A DNA stretch of 64,000 nucleotides, from contig CAWENM010000002.1 of NCBI GenBank assembly GCA_963810465.1, positions 451,001 to 515,000 of the forward strand, read 5' to 3'. The position numbers and the translations under genes are program-made. Shown piece by piece: positions 9,611 through 18,828 of the stretch (position 1 is its first letter; each line of letters begins with the position of its first letter). The notes below the pieces were generated by a model, which did no database searches, was not told the DNA's origin, and saw nothing but the letters and a program-made list of their open reading frames with translations. The stretch is from an uncultured Acidobacteriota bacterium (GTDB taxonomy: Bacteria; Actinomycetota; Acidimicrobiia; Spongiisociales; ZC4RG35).

Positions 9611-10185
9611 GACTCGAACACCTGTGGCTCGATCTGGAAGTCAGTCACGGTGGTGAAGTCGCTGGACGGGACGAAGTAGTTGGTCAGCCACTGATGGCTG
9701 AACTGCACTTCCACTCCGATCCGATCGAGATTGGGCGTCTCGACGTCCCGACTCGAAGGGTCCCAGCCGGGCACCTGGTAGGTGTCCCGGAACGGTTCCG
9801 GACAGGGTGTCCAGTCGCAACAGCCAACGAGTGGTGGGAGACCAACCGGGGTGTTGTCGCTGCAGTCACTTCCCGGTGAATACGAGTAGACCTCGCCGGT
9901 CCCGGGGGACGCAGCATTGAAGACGCGGACGTTCATTCCGTTGGCGATCCCCGCAGGAGCCAAGGTCTGCTCAACGTCACGAAGTATCTGGATGTCGGCG
10001 GTGGGGTCGTTGCCATAGGTGGCTCCAGCACGGGCGCCCTCGCGTGCGGCGTGACTGACCGAGAGCCAGTCCTTGAAGGCGAGACCGAACTCGACGACGG
10101 CAAAGAGGGCGAGGAAGAGGAGGGCGTAGACCAACGCCGCCTCAACGAGGGTGGCCCCTCTGTCGTCCCGTCTCTCGGTTGTCAT
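9607..10185 (-). CDS. TadE-like minor pilin (copy 2b)
   Basis: 192 aa, MTTERRDDRG|ATLVEAALVYALLFLALFAVVEFGLAF, paralog of 6793..7398. ATG start preceded by AGGGAACAGGGG. Confidence 0.8.
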   Translation of the reverse strand: MTTERRDDRGATLVEAALVYALLFLALFAVVEFGLAFKDWLSVSHAAREGARAGATYGNDPTADIQILRDVEQTLAPAGIANGMNVRVFNAASPGTGEVYSYSPGSDCSDNTPVGLPPLVGCCDWTPCPEPFRDTYQVPGWDPSSRDVETPNLDRIGVEVQFSHQWLTNYFVPSSDFTTVTDFQIEPQVFES

Positions 10186-10230
10186 TTGCCCCTGTTCCCT
10201 TTGGTCCCAGCAACCACGTTCGGTGAGCTG

Positions 10231-10246
10231 AACCTACCCAGAGTGG
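10231..10246. promoter_or_regulatory. conserved upstream element AACCTACCCAGAGTGG, copy B
   Basis: About 46 nt upstream of the ATG of the first gene of cassette 2 (minus strand). Matches the element upstream of cassette 1. Confidence 0.35.
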
Positions 10247-10319
10247 TCCCCCCGAATTCGCTCAGGCTACGTCGTAGATTTTCGCTGACAAGGGGTTACT
10301 ACGCCAAGGCCAAAAAGGA

Positions 10320-11078
10320 CTACTGCGCGACCAGCCGGCGGTTTTTCACCTTCGCCTTGAGGTAATCGGCGTTCATCATTGCAATGAAGTCGATCGAGAT
10401 CGACTTCGGGCACGCCTTCTCGCACTCTCCGTGGTTGGTGCACGACCCGAAGTACTGCTCCATCACCTCGACCATGTTCTCGGTTCGTGTCCATCTCTCG
10501 GCCTGACCCTGGGGGAGGAGGTTGAGATGACTGATCTTGGCTGCGGTGAAGAGATTGGCGGCGCCGTTGGGGCAGGCTGCGACACAGGCTCCGCAACCGA
10601 TGCACGCCGCCGCATCGAAGGCGATATCAGCAGCGGGCTTGGGAACGGGCGTGAGGTTGGCGTCGGGAGCCGACCCGGTGTCAACGGTGATGTAGCCGCC
10701 GGCTTCGATGATGTGGTCGAACGAGCTGCGGTCCACCACGAGATCTTTGACCAAGGGGAATCCCGCCGCCCGCCACGGCTCAACGGTGATCGTCGACCCG
10801 CTCTCGAACTTCCGCATGTGGAGCTGGCAGGTGGCGGTGCCGAGCTGGGGGCCGTGGGCCCGGCCGTCGATCATCACGCCGCAGGAGCCGCAGATGCCCT
10901 CCCGGCAGTCGTGATCGAAGGCAACCGGCTCATCTCCCTGGTTGACCAGACGCTCGTTGAGCACATCGAGCATCTCGAGGAACGACATCTCCTCGGAGAT
11001 CCCGGCCACCTCGTAGATCTTGAACCCACCGGGCCGGTCGGGGCCTTCTTGCCGCCAGATCTGGAGGGTCACGTTCAC
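10320..11078 (-). CDS. sdhB: succinate dehydrogenase / fumarate reductase iron-sulfur subunit
   Basis: 2Fe-2S motif [10 protein letters not shown], 4Fe-4S motif [12 protein letters not shown] and 3Fe-4S motif [15 protein letters not shown] start at 11078 overlaps the sdhA stop (GTGA). The upstream part of ORF 10320..11168 is read-through of the sdhA 3' end and is rejected. Confidence 0.9.
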   Translation of the reverse strand: MNVTLQIWRQEGPDRPGGFKIYEVAGISEEMSFLEMLDVLNERLVNQGDEPVAFDHDCREGICGSCGVMIDGRAHGPQLGTATCQLHMRKFESGSTITVEPWRAAGFPLVKDLVVDRSSFDHIIEAGGYITVDTGSAPDANLTPVPKPAADIAFDAAACIGCGACVAACPNGAANLFTAAKISHLNLLPQGQAERWTRTENMVEVMEQYFGSCTNHGECEKACPKSISIDFIAMMNADYLKAKVKNRRLVAQ

Positions 11079-12997
11079 TTGTAGCTCCGGGTGCTCAGAT
11101 TGACCGCTTCGAAGGTGAGTTGCTCCTTGTTCAACTCCGGCTTCGCCGGGTCTCCGGTCCACTCCCACACCGCAACATGAGCGAAATCATCGTCCCAGCG
11201 CAGGGCTTCTCCATCCTCGGTCTGGGACTCCTCGCGGAAATGGCCGCCGCACGACTCCTCACGATGGAGAGCATCCAGGCACATCGCCTGGGCAAGCTCG
11301 AAGAAGTCCTCCACCCGACCGGCCCGTTCCAGGGTTTGATTGAGCCCGCCCGCCGTGCCCAGGATCCGCACATCGGTCTTGAACTCCTCGTACAGGGCAG
11401 GGATCTCGGAGAGCGCCTTGTTCAGCCCCGGCTCGCTCCGTGACATGCCGCAGTACTCGAGCATGATCTTCCCCAGCTCCTTGTGGAACCAGTCCACGGT
11501 GCGGCTACCCCTCGTCGACATGAACCGGTCGACCCGGTCACGGACCTCTTGTCCGGCATCGTCGAAGGCTGGGTCGTCGATGGGCACCGGCGGCTCGCCG
11601 AGGAAGCCGGCCAAATAGTCGCCGATGGTCGTGGGGAGGACGAAGTAGCCGTCCGCCAGCCCCTGCATCAAGGCGGACGCCCCGAGGCGATTGGCACCGT
11701 GGTCGGAGAAGTTGGCCTCACCGATGGCGTAGAGCCCCGGAATCGTCGTCATCAGGTTGTAGTCGACCCAGAGCCCACCCATGGTGTAGTGCGGGGCGGG
11801 ATAGATGCGCATCGGCACCTGATAGGGGTCGTCGTCGGTGATGCGCTGATACATCTCGAACAGGTTGTCGTAGCGCTCCTGGATGACCTGGCGGCCTTCC
11901 CGCTCGATGGCGTCGTGGAAGTCGAGGTACACGCCGTTGCGGAGCGGGCCTACTCCTTTGCCCTCGTCGACGATTCGCTTCACGGCGCGCGATGCCACGT
12001 CTCTCGGGACCAGATTCCCGAAAGCTGGGTACATCCGCTCCAGGAAGTAGTCGCGCTCCTCCTTGGGGATCTGGGACGCCGGCCGATCGTCGCCGATCCG
12101 ACTCGGGACCCAGATTCGCCCGTCATTTCGCAGCGACTCGGACATCAGCGTCAGCTTCGACTGGAACTCGTCCGAAGCGGGGATGCAGGTGGGATGGATC
12201 TGTGTGAAGGAAGGATTGGCGAAACCGGCTCCCTTACGGTGCGCCCTCCAGATAGCGCTGACATTGCACGCCATCGCATTGGTGGAGAGGTAGAAGACGT
12301 TGCTGTAGCCGCCCGTGGCGAGGACCACTGCGTGACCCGAATGGTTGGTGATTGCCCCCGAGATCAGGTCACGGGTGACGATTCCGACCGCCCTGCCGTC
12401 CTTGACCACCACGTCGAGCATCTCGGTGCGGGTGTGCAGCTTCACCGTGCCCGCCGCCACCTGCCGGGCCATTGCCTGGTACGCCCCGAGGAGGAGCTGC
12501 TGGCCGGTCTGGCCTCTTGCGTAGAAGGTGCGCGCTACCTGCGCCCCACCGAATGACCGGTTGTCGAGCAGCCCGCCGTACTCCCGGGCGAAGGGCACCC
12601 CCTGAGCGGTGGCCTGGTCGATGATGTTCAGCGACTCGTGGGCCAGGCGGTAGACGTTGGCCTCCCGGCTCCGGTAGTCGCCACCTTTGACCGTGTCGTA
12701 GAAGAGCCGGTACACCGAATCACCATCGTTCTTGTAGTTCTTGGCAGCGTTGATCCCACCCTGGGCGGCAATGGAGTGGGCACGGCGCGGCGAGTCGTGG
12801 AAGGTGAACACCTCGACGTCGTACCCGAGCTCGGCGAGGGAGGCCGCCGCCGAGGCGCCGGCGAGCCCGCTGCCGACGATCAGGATCTTGAACTTTCGCT
12901 TGTTTGCCGGATTGACCAGGCGGACCGAGAACTTGTGGTTGGCCCACTTGTCCTCGATTGGCCCCTCCGGGACCTTGGCATCGAGTTGCAATGTCAC
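11075..12997 (-). CDS. sdhA: succinate dehydrogenase / fumarate reductase flavoprotein subunit
   Basis: 640 aa; FAD-binding [14 protein letters not shown], the covalent-FAD His region [12 protein letters not shown], and [10 protein letters not shown]. Confidence 0.9.
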   Translation of the reverse strand: MTLQLDAKVPEGPIEDKWANHKFSVRLVNPANKRKFKILIVGSGLAGASAAASLAELGYDVEVFTFHDSPRRAHSIAAQGGINAAKNYKNDGDSVYRLFYDTVKGGDYRSREANVYRLAHESLNIIDQATAQGVPFAREYGGLLDNRSFGGAQVARTFYARGQTGQQLLLGAYQAMARQVAAGTVKLHTRTEMLDVVVKDGRAVGIVTRDLISGAITNHSGHAVVLATGGYSNVFYLSTNAMACNVSAIWRAHRKGAGFANPSFTQIHPTCIPASDEFQSKLTLMSESLRNDGRIWVPSRIGDDRPASQIPKEERDYFLERMYPAFGNLVPRDVASRAVKRIVDEGKGVGPLRNGVYLDFHDAIEREGRQVIQERYDNLFEMYQRITDDDPYQVPMRIYPAPHYTMGGLWVDYNLMTTIPGLYAIGEANFSDHGANRLGASALMQGLADGYFVLPTTIGDYLAGFLGEPPVPIDDPAFDDAGQEVRDRVDRFMSTRGSRTVDWFHKELGKIMLEYCGMSRSEPGLNKALSEIPALYEEFKTDVRILGTAGGLNQTLERAGRVEDFFELAQAMCLDALHREESCGGHFREESQTEDGEALRWDDDFAHVAVWEWTGDPAKPELNKEQLTFEAVNLSTRSYK

Positions 12998-13001
12998 GCC
13001 A

Positions 13002-13730
13002 TCACCCCACGAACCCGAAGTAGACGGCGAGAGGCATGATTGCGTTGCCCACGGTCACCAGGACAGCGAGACCGATGGCGAAGTAGCGGCGGAGGTTGTT
13101 GAACCGCGGGTGGTTGATCCCGAGGCTCTGGAACATCGACCACGCCCCGTGATAGAGATGGAGCCCCAACAGGACCATGGCGATCACGTAGAAAGCGGTG
13201 ACCGGGGCGCGGGAGAAGGTGGCGATGAAGTTGGCGTACACCTCGCCTCTGGCCCAGGTCTCGGGTGCCATCGGCTGGATGCCCCAGGTCAGGTCGGCGA
13301 GATGGAAGAGGAGGAAGGCGGCGAAGATGACCCCGCTCCAGCGCATCGTTCGGCTGGCGTAGTTGGCGGCGACGTAGTTGCGCGGGCCCTGGTAGTCCTC
13401 GGGTCGGGCCCGATGGTTCATCAGGGTCAGCGAGTAGGCGGCGTGGATATGGAGGAGGAAGGCGACGATCAACCCGGTGCGGAGGATCCACAGCGCAACG
13501 TGGGCGGGGAGGAAGGGGACCAGTAGCTCGCGTAGGGCCTCGGCATAGATGTCGATGTCGGGCACCCCGTCGACGTCGGGGAGGAAGATCTTCCAGTTCC
13601 CGATCATGTGGGCAAGGACGAAGACGATGATGCCGAGTCCGGTCAGCGCCATCACCCATTTCTTGCCAACCGCCGATCGATAGAAGCCGACCGGCCAGGG
13701 TGCTCTTCTCTCTTCGATCGTGGCGGACAC
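13002..13730 (-). CDS. sdhC: succinate dehydrogenase cytochrome b (membrane anchor) subunit
   Basis: 242 aa, five predicted TM helices with conserved His residues. Located directly upstream of sdhA and sdhB. Confidence 0.75.
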   Translation of the reverse strand: MSATIEERRAPWPVGFYRSAVGKKWVMALTGLGIIVFVLAHMIGNWKIFLPDVDGVPDIDIYAEALRELLVPFLPAHVALWILRTGLIVAFLLHIHAAYSLTLMNHRARPEDYQGPRNYVAANYASRTMRWSGVIFAAFLLFHLADLTWGIQPMAPETWARGEVYANFIATFSRAPVTAFYVIAMVLLGLHLYHGAWSMFQSLGINHPRFNNLRRYFAIGLAVLVTVGNAIMPLAVYFGFVG

Positions 13731-13804
13731 CGGGACTCCATTATGCCAAGTCTGTGCCTCGGGAGAATCGCACGGCGTGACAAGGAGAAATCCGCCACTC
13801 GGGG

Positions 13805-13833
13805 TTGACGGCGCGCGCGGGGGGTCTTAATGT
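13805..13833 (+). promoter_or_regulatory. sigma70-like promoter of whiB: -35 TTGACG (13805-13810), 17-nt spacer, -10 TAATGT (13828-13833)
   Basis: Read directly from the sequence; about 35 nt upstream of the AGGAGA RBS (13856-13861) and ATG 13868. Confidence 0.4.
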
Positions 13834-13837
13834 CAAA

Positions 13838-13851
13838 CGTGTAATTACACG
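13838..13851. promoter_or_regulatory. 14-bp perfect palindrome CGTGTAATTACACG overlapping the predicted whiB transcription start
   Basis: Exact inverted repeat (CGTGTAA / TTACACG) between the -10 element and the RBS. Likely an operator for a dimeric regulator. Confidence 0.45.
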
Positions 13852-13867
13852 GTTGTGAGGAGACCTG

Positions 13868-14143
13868 ATGCAGAGCAAGCTCATCCAAGCCCTGGCTGTT
13901 GGTGAGCTTTCCTGGCAGGACTACGCCAACTGCCGTGGCGCCGATGCCGACCTCTTCTTCCCCGAGCGGGGGGCTTCCACCCGGAAGGCGAAGGCGATAT
14001 GCACTGCCTGCGAGGTGCGGGCGGAGTGTCTCGACTACGCAGTCGACATGGGCGAGAAATTCGGCATCTGGGGTGGTCTCAGCGAGCGTGAGCGACGTCG
14101 GGTCCGGCGCGAGCGAACCCAACGGGAACGCAAGGTCGGATAG
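13868..14143 (+). CDS. whiB: WhiB-family (Wbl) transcriptional regulator
   Basis: 91 aa; four conserved Cys (C22, C45, C48, C54), the GIWGG turn, and a basic C-terminal tail. Strong RBS AGGAGA. Confidence 0.9.
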   Translation: MQSKLIQALAVGELSWQDYANCRGADADLFFPERGASTRKAKAICTACEVRAECLDYAVDMGEKFGIWGGLSERERRRVRRERTQRERKVG

Positions 14144-14160
14144 GGGCGGCTGCGCCGCCC
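14144..14160. terminator. GC-rich hairpin between convergent whiB and bpa (GGGCGGC-tgc-GCCGCCC)
   Basis: 7-bp perfect stem with a 3-nt loop immediately after the whiB stop. No U-tract, so it would act as an intrinsic-like bidirectional terminator. Confidence 0.35.
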
Positions 14161-14185
14161 GTACTTGGTACCTGATACCGAGTAA

Positions 14186-14650
14186 CTAGAGGTAGAGGCC
14201 GGTCTGGTCCTCCTTCGGCCCGGCGGGCGAAGGTGGGATCAACGCTCTCTTTTGCATTTCCTGCAACTGGGACTGGGCAGCCATCTGCTGGCTCCACAAC
14301 GAGGCCTGGATCCCGTGGAACAGACCTTCCAGCCAGCCGATCAATTGGGCCTGGGCGATCCGCAGCTCAGCCTCACTGACACCCTCCCTGTCGAGGGGAA
14401 CCATGATCTCGTCGAACTCATCGAGGAGCTCTGGGGAGAGGATCTCTCTCAACTCGTCGAGTGATCGGGAATGGACGTCGGCGAGACGTCTCCGTCCCCC
14501 GTCATCGAGCGGCGCCTGCCGGACCTCCTCGAGCATCGCACGCGTCATCGATGCGATCCGAATGAGCTTCGTGGGCTCGGAGACCGGCGGCTCCTTCTGT
14601 TCCTCCTCCGGCACCTGCTCGACCGCGTCCGGCTTTACCGCTTCTTCCAT
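14186..14650 (-). CDS. bpa: bacterial proteasome activator (Bpa/PafE, Rv3780-like)
   Basis: 154 aa. The block SEAELRIAQAQLIGWLEGLFHGIQASLWSQQMAAQSQLQEMQ and the preceding TKLIRIASMTRAMLEEVRQAPLDD closely resemble my recollection of M. tuberculosis Bpa. It ends ...TGLYL, a variant of the Bpa C-terminal GQYL docking motif. Confidence 0.75.
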   Translation of the reverse strand: MEEAVKPDAVEQVPEEEQKEPPVSEPTKLIRIASMTRAMLEEVRQAPLDDGGRRRLADVHSRSLDELREILSPELLDEFDEIMVPLDREGVSEAELRIAQAQLIGWLEGLFHGIQASLWSQQMAAQSQLQEMQKRALIPPSPAGPKEDQTGLYL

Positions 14651-14728
14651 GACCTCAGCCTACAAAGCTCCCGTTTTCGCGCACCCATGTCGGTCCCTAC
14701 GCCTATAACGGTGCGCGAGAACAGCTGA

Positions 14729-15724
14729 TTAGGCCCTGACCTCGTCGCGCATGAAGGCGATGTAGGCGGCGGCGAACATGACGGCCGTGAGGGCGACCAG
14801 GATGGCGATCTGGGGCCAAACCACTGCCAGGCTCTGGGTCAGGTTGAGCTCGGAGACGATGGCTCGGTCCACTTGTTCCACGGTGACCAGCCCGACGGTG
14901 CGCACCTCGGGGTCGAGCAGCACGCTCGAGCCCTGTTGAAAGAGGGTCACCGGCGACAGTTGTGACACGGTCTGGGCGGTTTGCTGGTAGGCGATCTCGG
15001 CCGCATCCGACCCATCTCTCGGGCTGAGGACACTGGCCACGGCGCTGAAAATGAAGGACCCGAACAGCGTTAGCACCAACCAGATGCCGAGGGGGATCAT
15101 GGCCGAGGTCGACGCCCGTTTCGATAGGACCGAGGTCAACGTGGCCAGGGCTTGCCAGAACCCGACATAGATGATGGCGAAGACCAGCCACACCGCAAGC
15201 CGTGAGATCTCGGTCGGCGTGGGCACCACCCCGAGTCTGAGGATCCCGATGCCAGACACGAACAGCACGAGGGCGGTGAGCATGATCGACACCACGGTCA
15301 GCCCGGCCACGAACTTGCCCAGGATCACCTCATCGCGGTGAATCGGCTGGGAGAGGAGCCGGGGCAGAGTCCCTTGTGAGCGCTCGCCGCTGACCGCGTC
15401 GAACCCGAACATGATCCCCAGGAGCGGGGCCAGAAACCCGACGAAGACGATGAGTGGGAACGGGACAGGGTCGGCGGTCACGGTGAAGAGCTTGAGGAAC
15501 AGCGCCGTGATCCCCTGGGCGTTGGGGGCGACGTCACGGATCCCGCCCGAGGCGGCGAAAACCGCGGCGGCGGTCGCGATTCCGAGCACCCCCATCAGGA
15601 CCACGAAGCGTCCCGAGAGCAGATGATCGGCGATCTCCTTTTGCGCCACCGCCCTCCATCCACCGACCCTGGTGGATTCGACGGCAGGGACCTCCTCGGC
15701 GACGACGTCTGCGTCAGTGGTCAT
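14729..15724 (-). CDS. ABC-2 family transporter permease
   Basis: ATG at 15724 (MTTDADV...) overlaps the ATPase stop (ATGA). Six TM segments and ABC-2 features. The longer upstream ORF portion is rejected. Confidence 0.8.
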   Translation of the reverse strand: MTTDADVVAEEVPAVESTRVGGWRAVAQKEIADHLLSGRFVVLMGVLGIATAAAVFAASGGIRDVAPNAQGITALFLKLFTVTADPVPFPLIVFVGFLAPLLGIMFGFDAVSGERSQGTLPRLLSQPIHRDEVILGKFVAGLTVVSIMLTALVLFVSGIGILRLGVVPTPTEISRLAVWLVFAIIYVGFWQALATLTSVLSKRASTSAMIPLGIWLVLTLFGSFIFSAVASVLSPRDGSDAAEIAYQQTAQTVSQLSPVTLFQQGSSVLLDPEVRTVGLVTVEQVDRAIVSELNLTQSLAVVWPQIAILVALTAVMFAAAYIAFMRDEVRA

Positions 15725-16671
15725 ACCGTCGCCTCCTCTTCTTCCTCGATCTCGAAGTACCGGCGATAGATGGTCTCCAGGTCTTCGTCGAGGCGATGGA
15801 CGCCGATGACGTCGACCCCTTTCGAGACGAGACCGCTCACCGCTGGTGCCAGCGACTCTGAATGGAGGTCGGCCACCCAAGACCCGGGCGCACGACCCGG
15901 GGCGACGCCGGTGACAGTCCCGAGAGACTCCAGGTCGGCTCGGCTCTTCGACGGGTCGCCACCCAGACGGAACTCGACCCGGATGTTGCCTTCCTTGTCG
16001 ACGGCGGCGAGCTCGTGCGGTGTGCCTTGGGCGACCACCTTGCCCCGGACGAAGATGGCGACCCGGTCACACACCGCCTGCACCTGGTGGAGGAGATGGC
16101 TGGCGAGGAGAACAGTTACGCCCTCCTCTTTGGCGAGCCTTTGGATCAGGTTGAGCATCTCCACCACGCCCTCGGGGTCGATGGCGGTGGTCGGCTCGTC
16201 CAGGATGAGGATCGACGGGCCTTTGACCAGGGCATCGGCCACCCCGAGACGTTGCTTCATGCCGCGCGAATACTCCCCGGCCGGCTGATCACCGGCTTCG
16301 CCCAGACCTACGAGGTGGAGAAGCGACTCGATGAGGTCCTCGTAGTCGTCGAGACCATTGAGGCGGGCGGTGAAGCGCAGGTTCTCCCGCCCGGTCATCG
16401 GGTCGTAGAAGCCCACGGCGTCGGGCAAATACCCGACCTTCCGCTTGACCTCGATGGGGTTCCATCTCGGATCGAGGCCGAGGACTTCGATCTTCCCTTT
16501 CGTCGGCTCGACCAGGCCGAGCAGCATGAGGATGGTCGTCGTCTTCCCGGCACCATTCGGTCCGAGGAGCCCGAAAACCTCGCCGGCGTCGACGTCGAGG
16601 TCGAGCCGGTCGACGACGGTGTGCTCGCCGTAGGTCTTGGTCAGCTTCCGGCTGCGGATGGTCGAGGCCAT
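15721..16671 (-). CDS. ABC transporter ATP-binding protein
   Basis: Walker A GPNGAGKTT, ABC signature YSRGMKQRLG, Walker B ILILDEPT. Confidence 0.9.
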   Translation of the reverse strand: MASTIRSRKLTKTYGEHTVVDRLDLDVDAGEVFGLLGPNGAGKTTTILMLLGLVEPTKGKIEVLGLDPRWNPIEVKRKVGYLPDAVGFYDPMTGRENLRFTARLNGLDDYEDLIESLLHLVGLGEAGDQPAGEYSRGMKQRLGVADALVKGPSILILDEPTTAIDPEGVVEMLNLIQRLAKEEGVTVLLASHLLHQVQAVCDRVAIFVRGKVVAQGTPHELAAVDKEGNIRVEFRLGGDPSKSRADLESLGTVTGVAPGRAPGSWVADLHSESLAPAVSGLVSKGVDVIGVHRLDEDLETIYRRYFEIEEEEEATV

Positions 16672-16672
16672 G

Positions 16673-17851
16673 TCAGCGACGGCCGAAGCGCCGGAAGACC
16701 CAGGCCAGACCGGCGAGAGTCAGGGCGATGACGGCGATCCCGACGAAGCCCCAGATTGCGGAGGGGTTGACAGTCGTCCGCACCTCCATCTGGGCGTCGG
16801 CCTGCTCGTGGGTGGCGGTGAAGCTGATCACGTAGTCGCCGGCGACCGCTTCCTCCGACGGCGTGATGGTTGCCACGACCGGCACTGTCTCACCTGCCGG
16901 GATGGTGACCTCCTGGCTGTCGAAGGCGACCTCCCACCCCGTAGGCGGGGTGACCCCGACCACGACATTGTCGAGGTCGGCAGTCCCGGTGTTGGTCAGG
17001 ATGATCTGGAAGTCACTGGTGCTACCCACTGTCACCTCGGCGTTGAGGCGCTGGTCGGCGGTGGTCATCTCCAGGGAGTAGGAACCGGTCACCTCCACGA
17101 TCATCTCGGTCTCAACAGTCGACCCCGGTGCAGTTGCCACGAGTGTGACCGGGTACTGGGCGGCCTCGGCCTGGACCGGCGGGGTCACTGCGACGTTGAT
17201 CGTCTCGGTGCCACCGGCCTCGACCAGGACGGTGGAAGCCTGGGCCTGACCGGAGAGCTCGGCGGTGACATCCCATCCCGATGGGGCGGTGGGGGTCAGC
17301 TCGAACTCGAGGTCGGCGGGGGTGCCGTTGGACAGCTCGACATCGAAGGTGACCTCCTCACCGGCGGGGGAGCGAAGACCCGGGAAGTTGGGAGTCAGGG
17401 TCACCTCACCGCCGGCCAGGGCGGAGACCCGGACCGCGATCGGCAGGGCGACAGTCTCGGCGCCACCGGAGGCGTTGATTGTCATCGGGAACTCGCCTTC
17501 GGTCACGCTGGTCGGAACCGTGACGTCGAAAGTGAGTTCGGGCTCGAGTCCGGGTCCGGCTGTTACCGAGTCGACCTCGAAGCCGCCGCCTCGGAAGGCG
17601 GCTGTCCAGCCTTCGGGCACACCGTCCACGGCGAGGGCGACCTCGACCTGCGCCGGTGCGCCGATCGTGAGCGCGAAGCTGACCTGGTCCCCAGGCTCGA
17701 CCGCGACCGACGGAAACGGCGTGCTGACGGTCAGCGCGGTGGCGGGGAGAGTCGTCGGTGTCTCCTCCTCCGTCTGCGCCAGAGCCGCAGGGGCGAGAGC
17801 CAGCGTGGACACCACGGCCAACGCCACCAGCAATTGCCTCTTCGACACCAA
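16673..17851 (-). CDS. secreted repetitive beta-sandwich protein (NEW3/COG1470-like) with C-terminal TM anchor
   Basis: Start taken at TTG 17851 or GTG 17848, giving signal peptide VSKRQLLVALAVVSTLALAPAALA|QTEE. It carries repeated about 100-aa T/V/E-rich units and a C-terminal TM helix plus RRFGRR. The 5' part of the longer ORF (16673..18313) overlaps the transglutaminase gene and is rejected. Confidence 0.6.
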   Translation of the reverse strand: MVSKRQLLVALAVVSTLALAPAALAQTEEETPTTLPATALTVSTPFPSVAVEPGDQVSFALTIGAPAQVEVALAVDGVPEGWTAAFRGGGFEVDSVTAGPGLEPELTFDVTVPTSVTEGEFPMTINASGGAETVALPIAVRVSALAGGEVTLTPNFPGLRSPAGEEVTFDVELSNGTPADLEFELTPTAPSGWDVTAELSGQAQASTVLVEAGGTETINVAVTPPVQAEAAQYPVTLVATAPGSTVETEMIVEVTGSYSLEMTTADQRLNAEVTVGSTSDFQIILTNTGTADLDNVVVGVTPPTGWEVAFDSQEVTIPAGETVPVVATITPSEEAVAGDYVISFTATHEQADAQMEVRTTVNPSAIWGFVGIAVIALTLAGLAWVFRRFGRR

Positions 17852-17955
17852 GGTGATCAGAGCTCCTTCTTCATCGGTTTTGGGCACAAACACTGGAAAT
17901 GACCGCAGAGACCCTAAATCGATGATAAATCCATTGAGAAAACGGTGCGCCGCCG

Positions 17956-18828
17956 CTACTGCTCGGCCATCTGCGACAGACGCTCCCGGCTGATGCGCAC
18001 CTGGACCCCCAGCTGGTGGTCCGCCCCGCCGTGATAGACGCCACGCAACGGCATGACGTCCTGGTAATCCCGGCCGTGTCCGATCTTGATATGAAGCTCG
18101 CCGACAGGCTGGGCATTGGTCGGATCGAGACCCCACCATCCGTGCCCGGGCACGAAGACTTCGAGCCAGGCATGGGTCTGCACGCTCAGCTCTGGCTCGT
18201 CCGGGGCCACTGCCGAAGTCTGTTCGGCGGCGTACAGATAGCCCGACACATACCGGGCCGGGATGCCGATGCTGCGATACATCGCGATGCCGAGATGGGC
18301 GAAATCCTGGCATACCCCCTTGCCCTGAGACATGACATCCGCCACGTCGACGCCGACGTATGTGGCGCCCGGCACGTAGTCGAGCGTTGACGTGACCTTG
18401 CCAGAGATAGCGGTTGCCACGTCCAGCACTTCAACCGCGCCACCGACCGCCTCTCTGGCTGCCTCTTCGATCGGCTCGTCCCAGATCGCGTGGGGCGAGG
18501 GGCGGAGAAAGCTGGACAGCTCCCCACGCACCGACTCGAGCGCCTCGACGGTTGCCTCACTCGATGGGCTCGCCGGGGCTGCGGTGTCGACCTTCGACTC
18601 GGCCATGATCCGTAGAGCACGGTGAGGCTCGACGATCCCGAACTCGTCGACTCTGGTCCCCCAGTAGTCGGTGTAGGAGTGGACCCGGGCCGTCGGGGTG
18701 ACCTCGACCCGATACGCGGCCAACTGCTGATGGTCGTCATTGGCGGGACAGGCTCGGAGCAGGTTGTGCGACTCCCAGGCCGGCTCCCCGTAGGTGAACT
18801 CGTTCAGATAGCGGATCTCGAGTCTCAT
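17956..18828 (-). CDS. transglutaminase-like cysteine protease domain protein (with bacterial transglutaminase N-terminal domain)
   Basis: ATG at 18828 (MRLEIRYLNEFTYGEP). Cys/His/Asp catalytic motifs GKGVCQDFAHL, HAWLEVF and GLDPTN. The start overlaps the alpha-E stop (ATGA). Confidence 0.8.
   Translation of the reverse strand: MRLEIRYLNEFTYGEPAWESHNLLRACPANDDHQQLAAYRVEVTPTARVHSYTDYWGTRVDEFGIVEPHRALRIMAESKVDTAAPASPSSEATVEALESVRGELSSFLRPSPHAIWDEPIEEAAREAVGGAVEVLDVATAISGKVTSTLDYVPGATYVGVDVADVMSQGKGVCQDFAHLGIAMYRSIGIPARYVSGYLYAAEQTSAVAPDEPELSVQTHAWLEVFVPGHGWWGLDPTNAQPVGELHIKIGHGRDYQDVMPLRGVYHGGADHQLGVQVRISRERLSQMAEQ

Noticed and set aside
4746-10185. Tandem cassette as an assembly duplication artefact
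   Set aside because: The two copies differ at roughly one in four to five nucleotides, with many amino-acid substitutions and indels in the intergenic leaders. A collapsed or expanded repeat artefact would be near-identical.
16673-18313. 546-aa version of the NEW3-repeat protein, with a long N-terminal extension overlapping the transglutaminase gene
   Set aside because: The extension is Arg/Pro-rich junk in the alternate frame of a well-supported gene. A clean signal peptide begins at TTG 17851 / GTG 17848.
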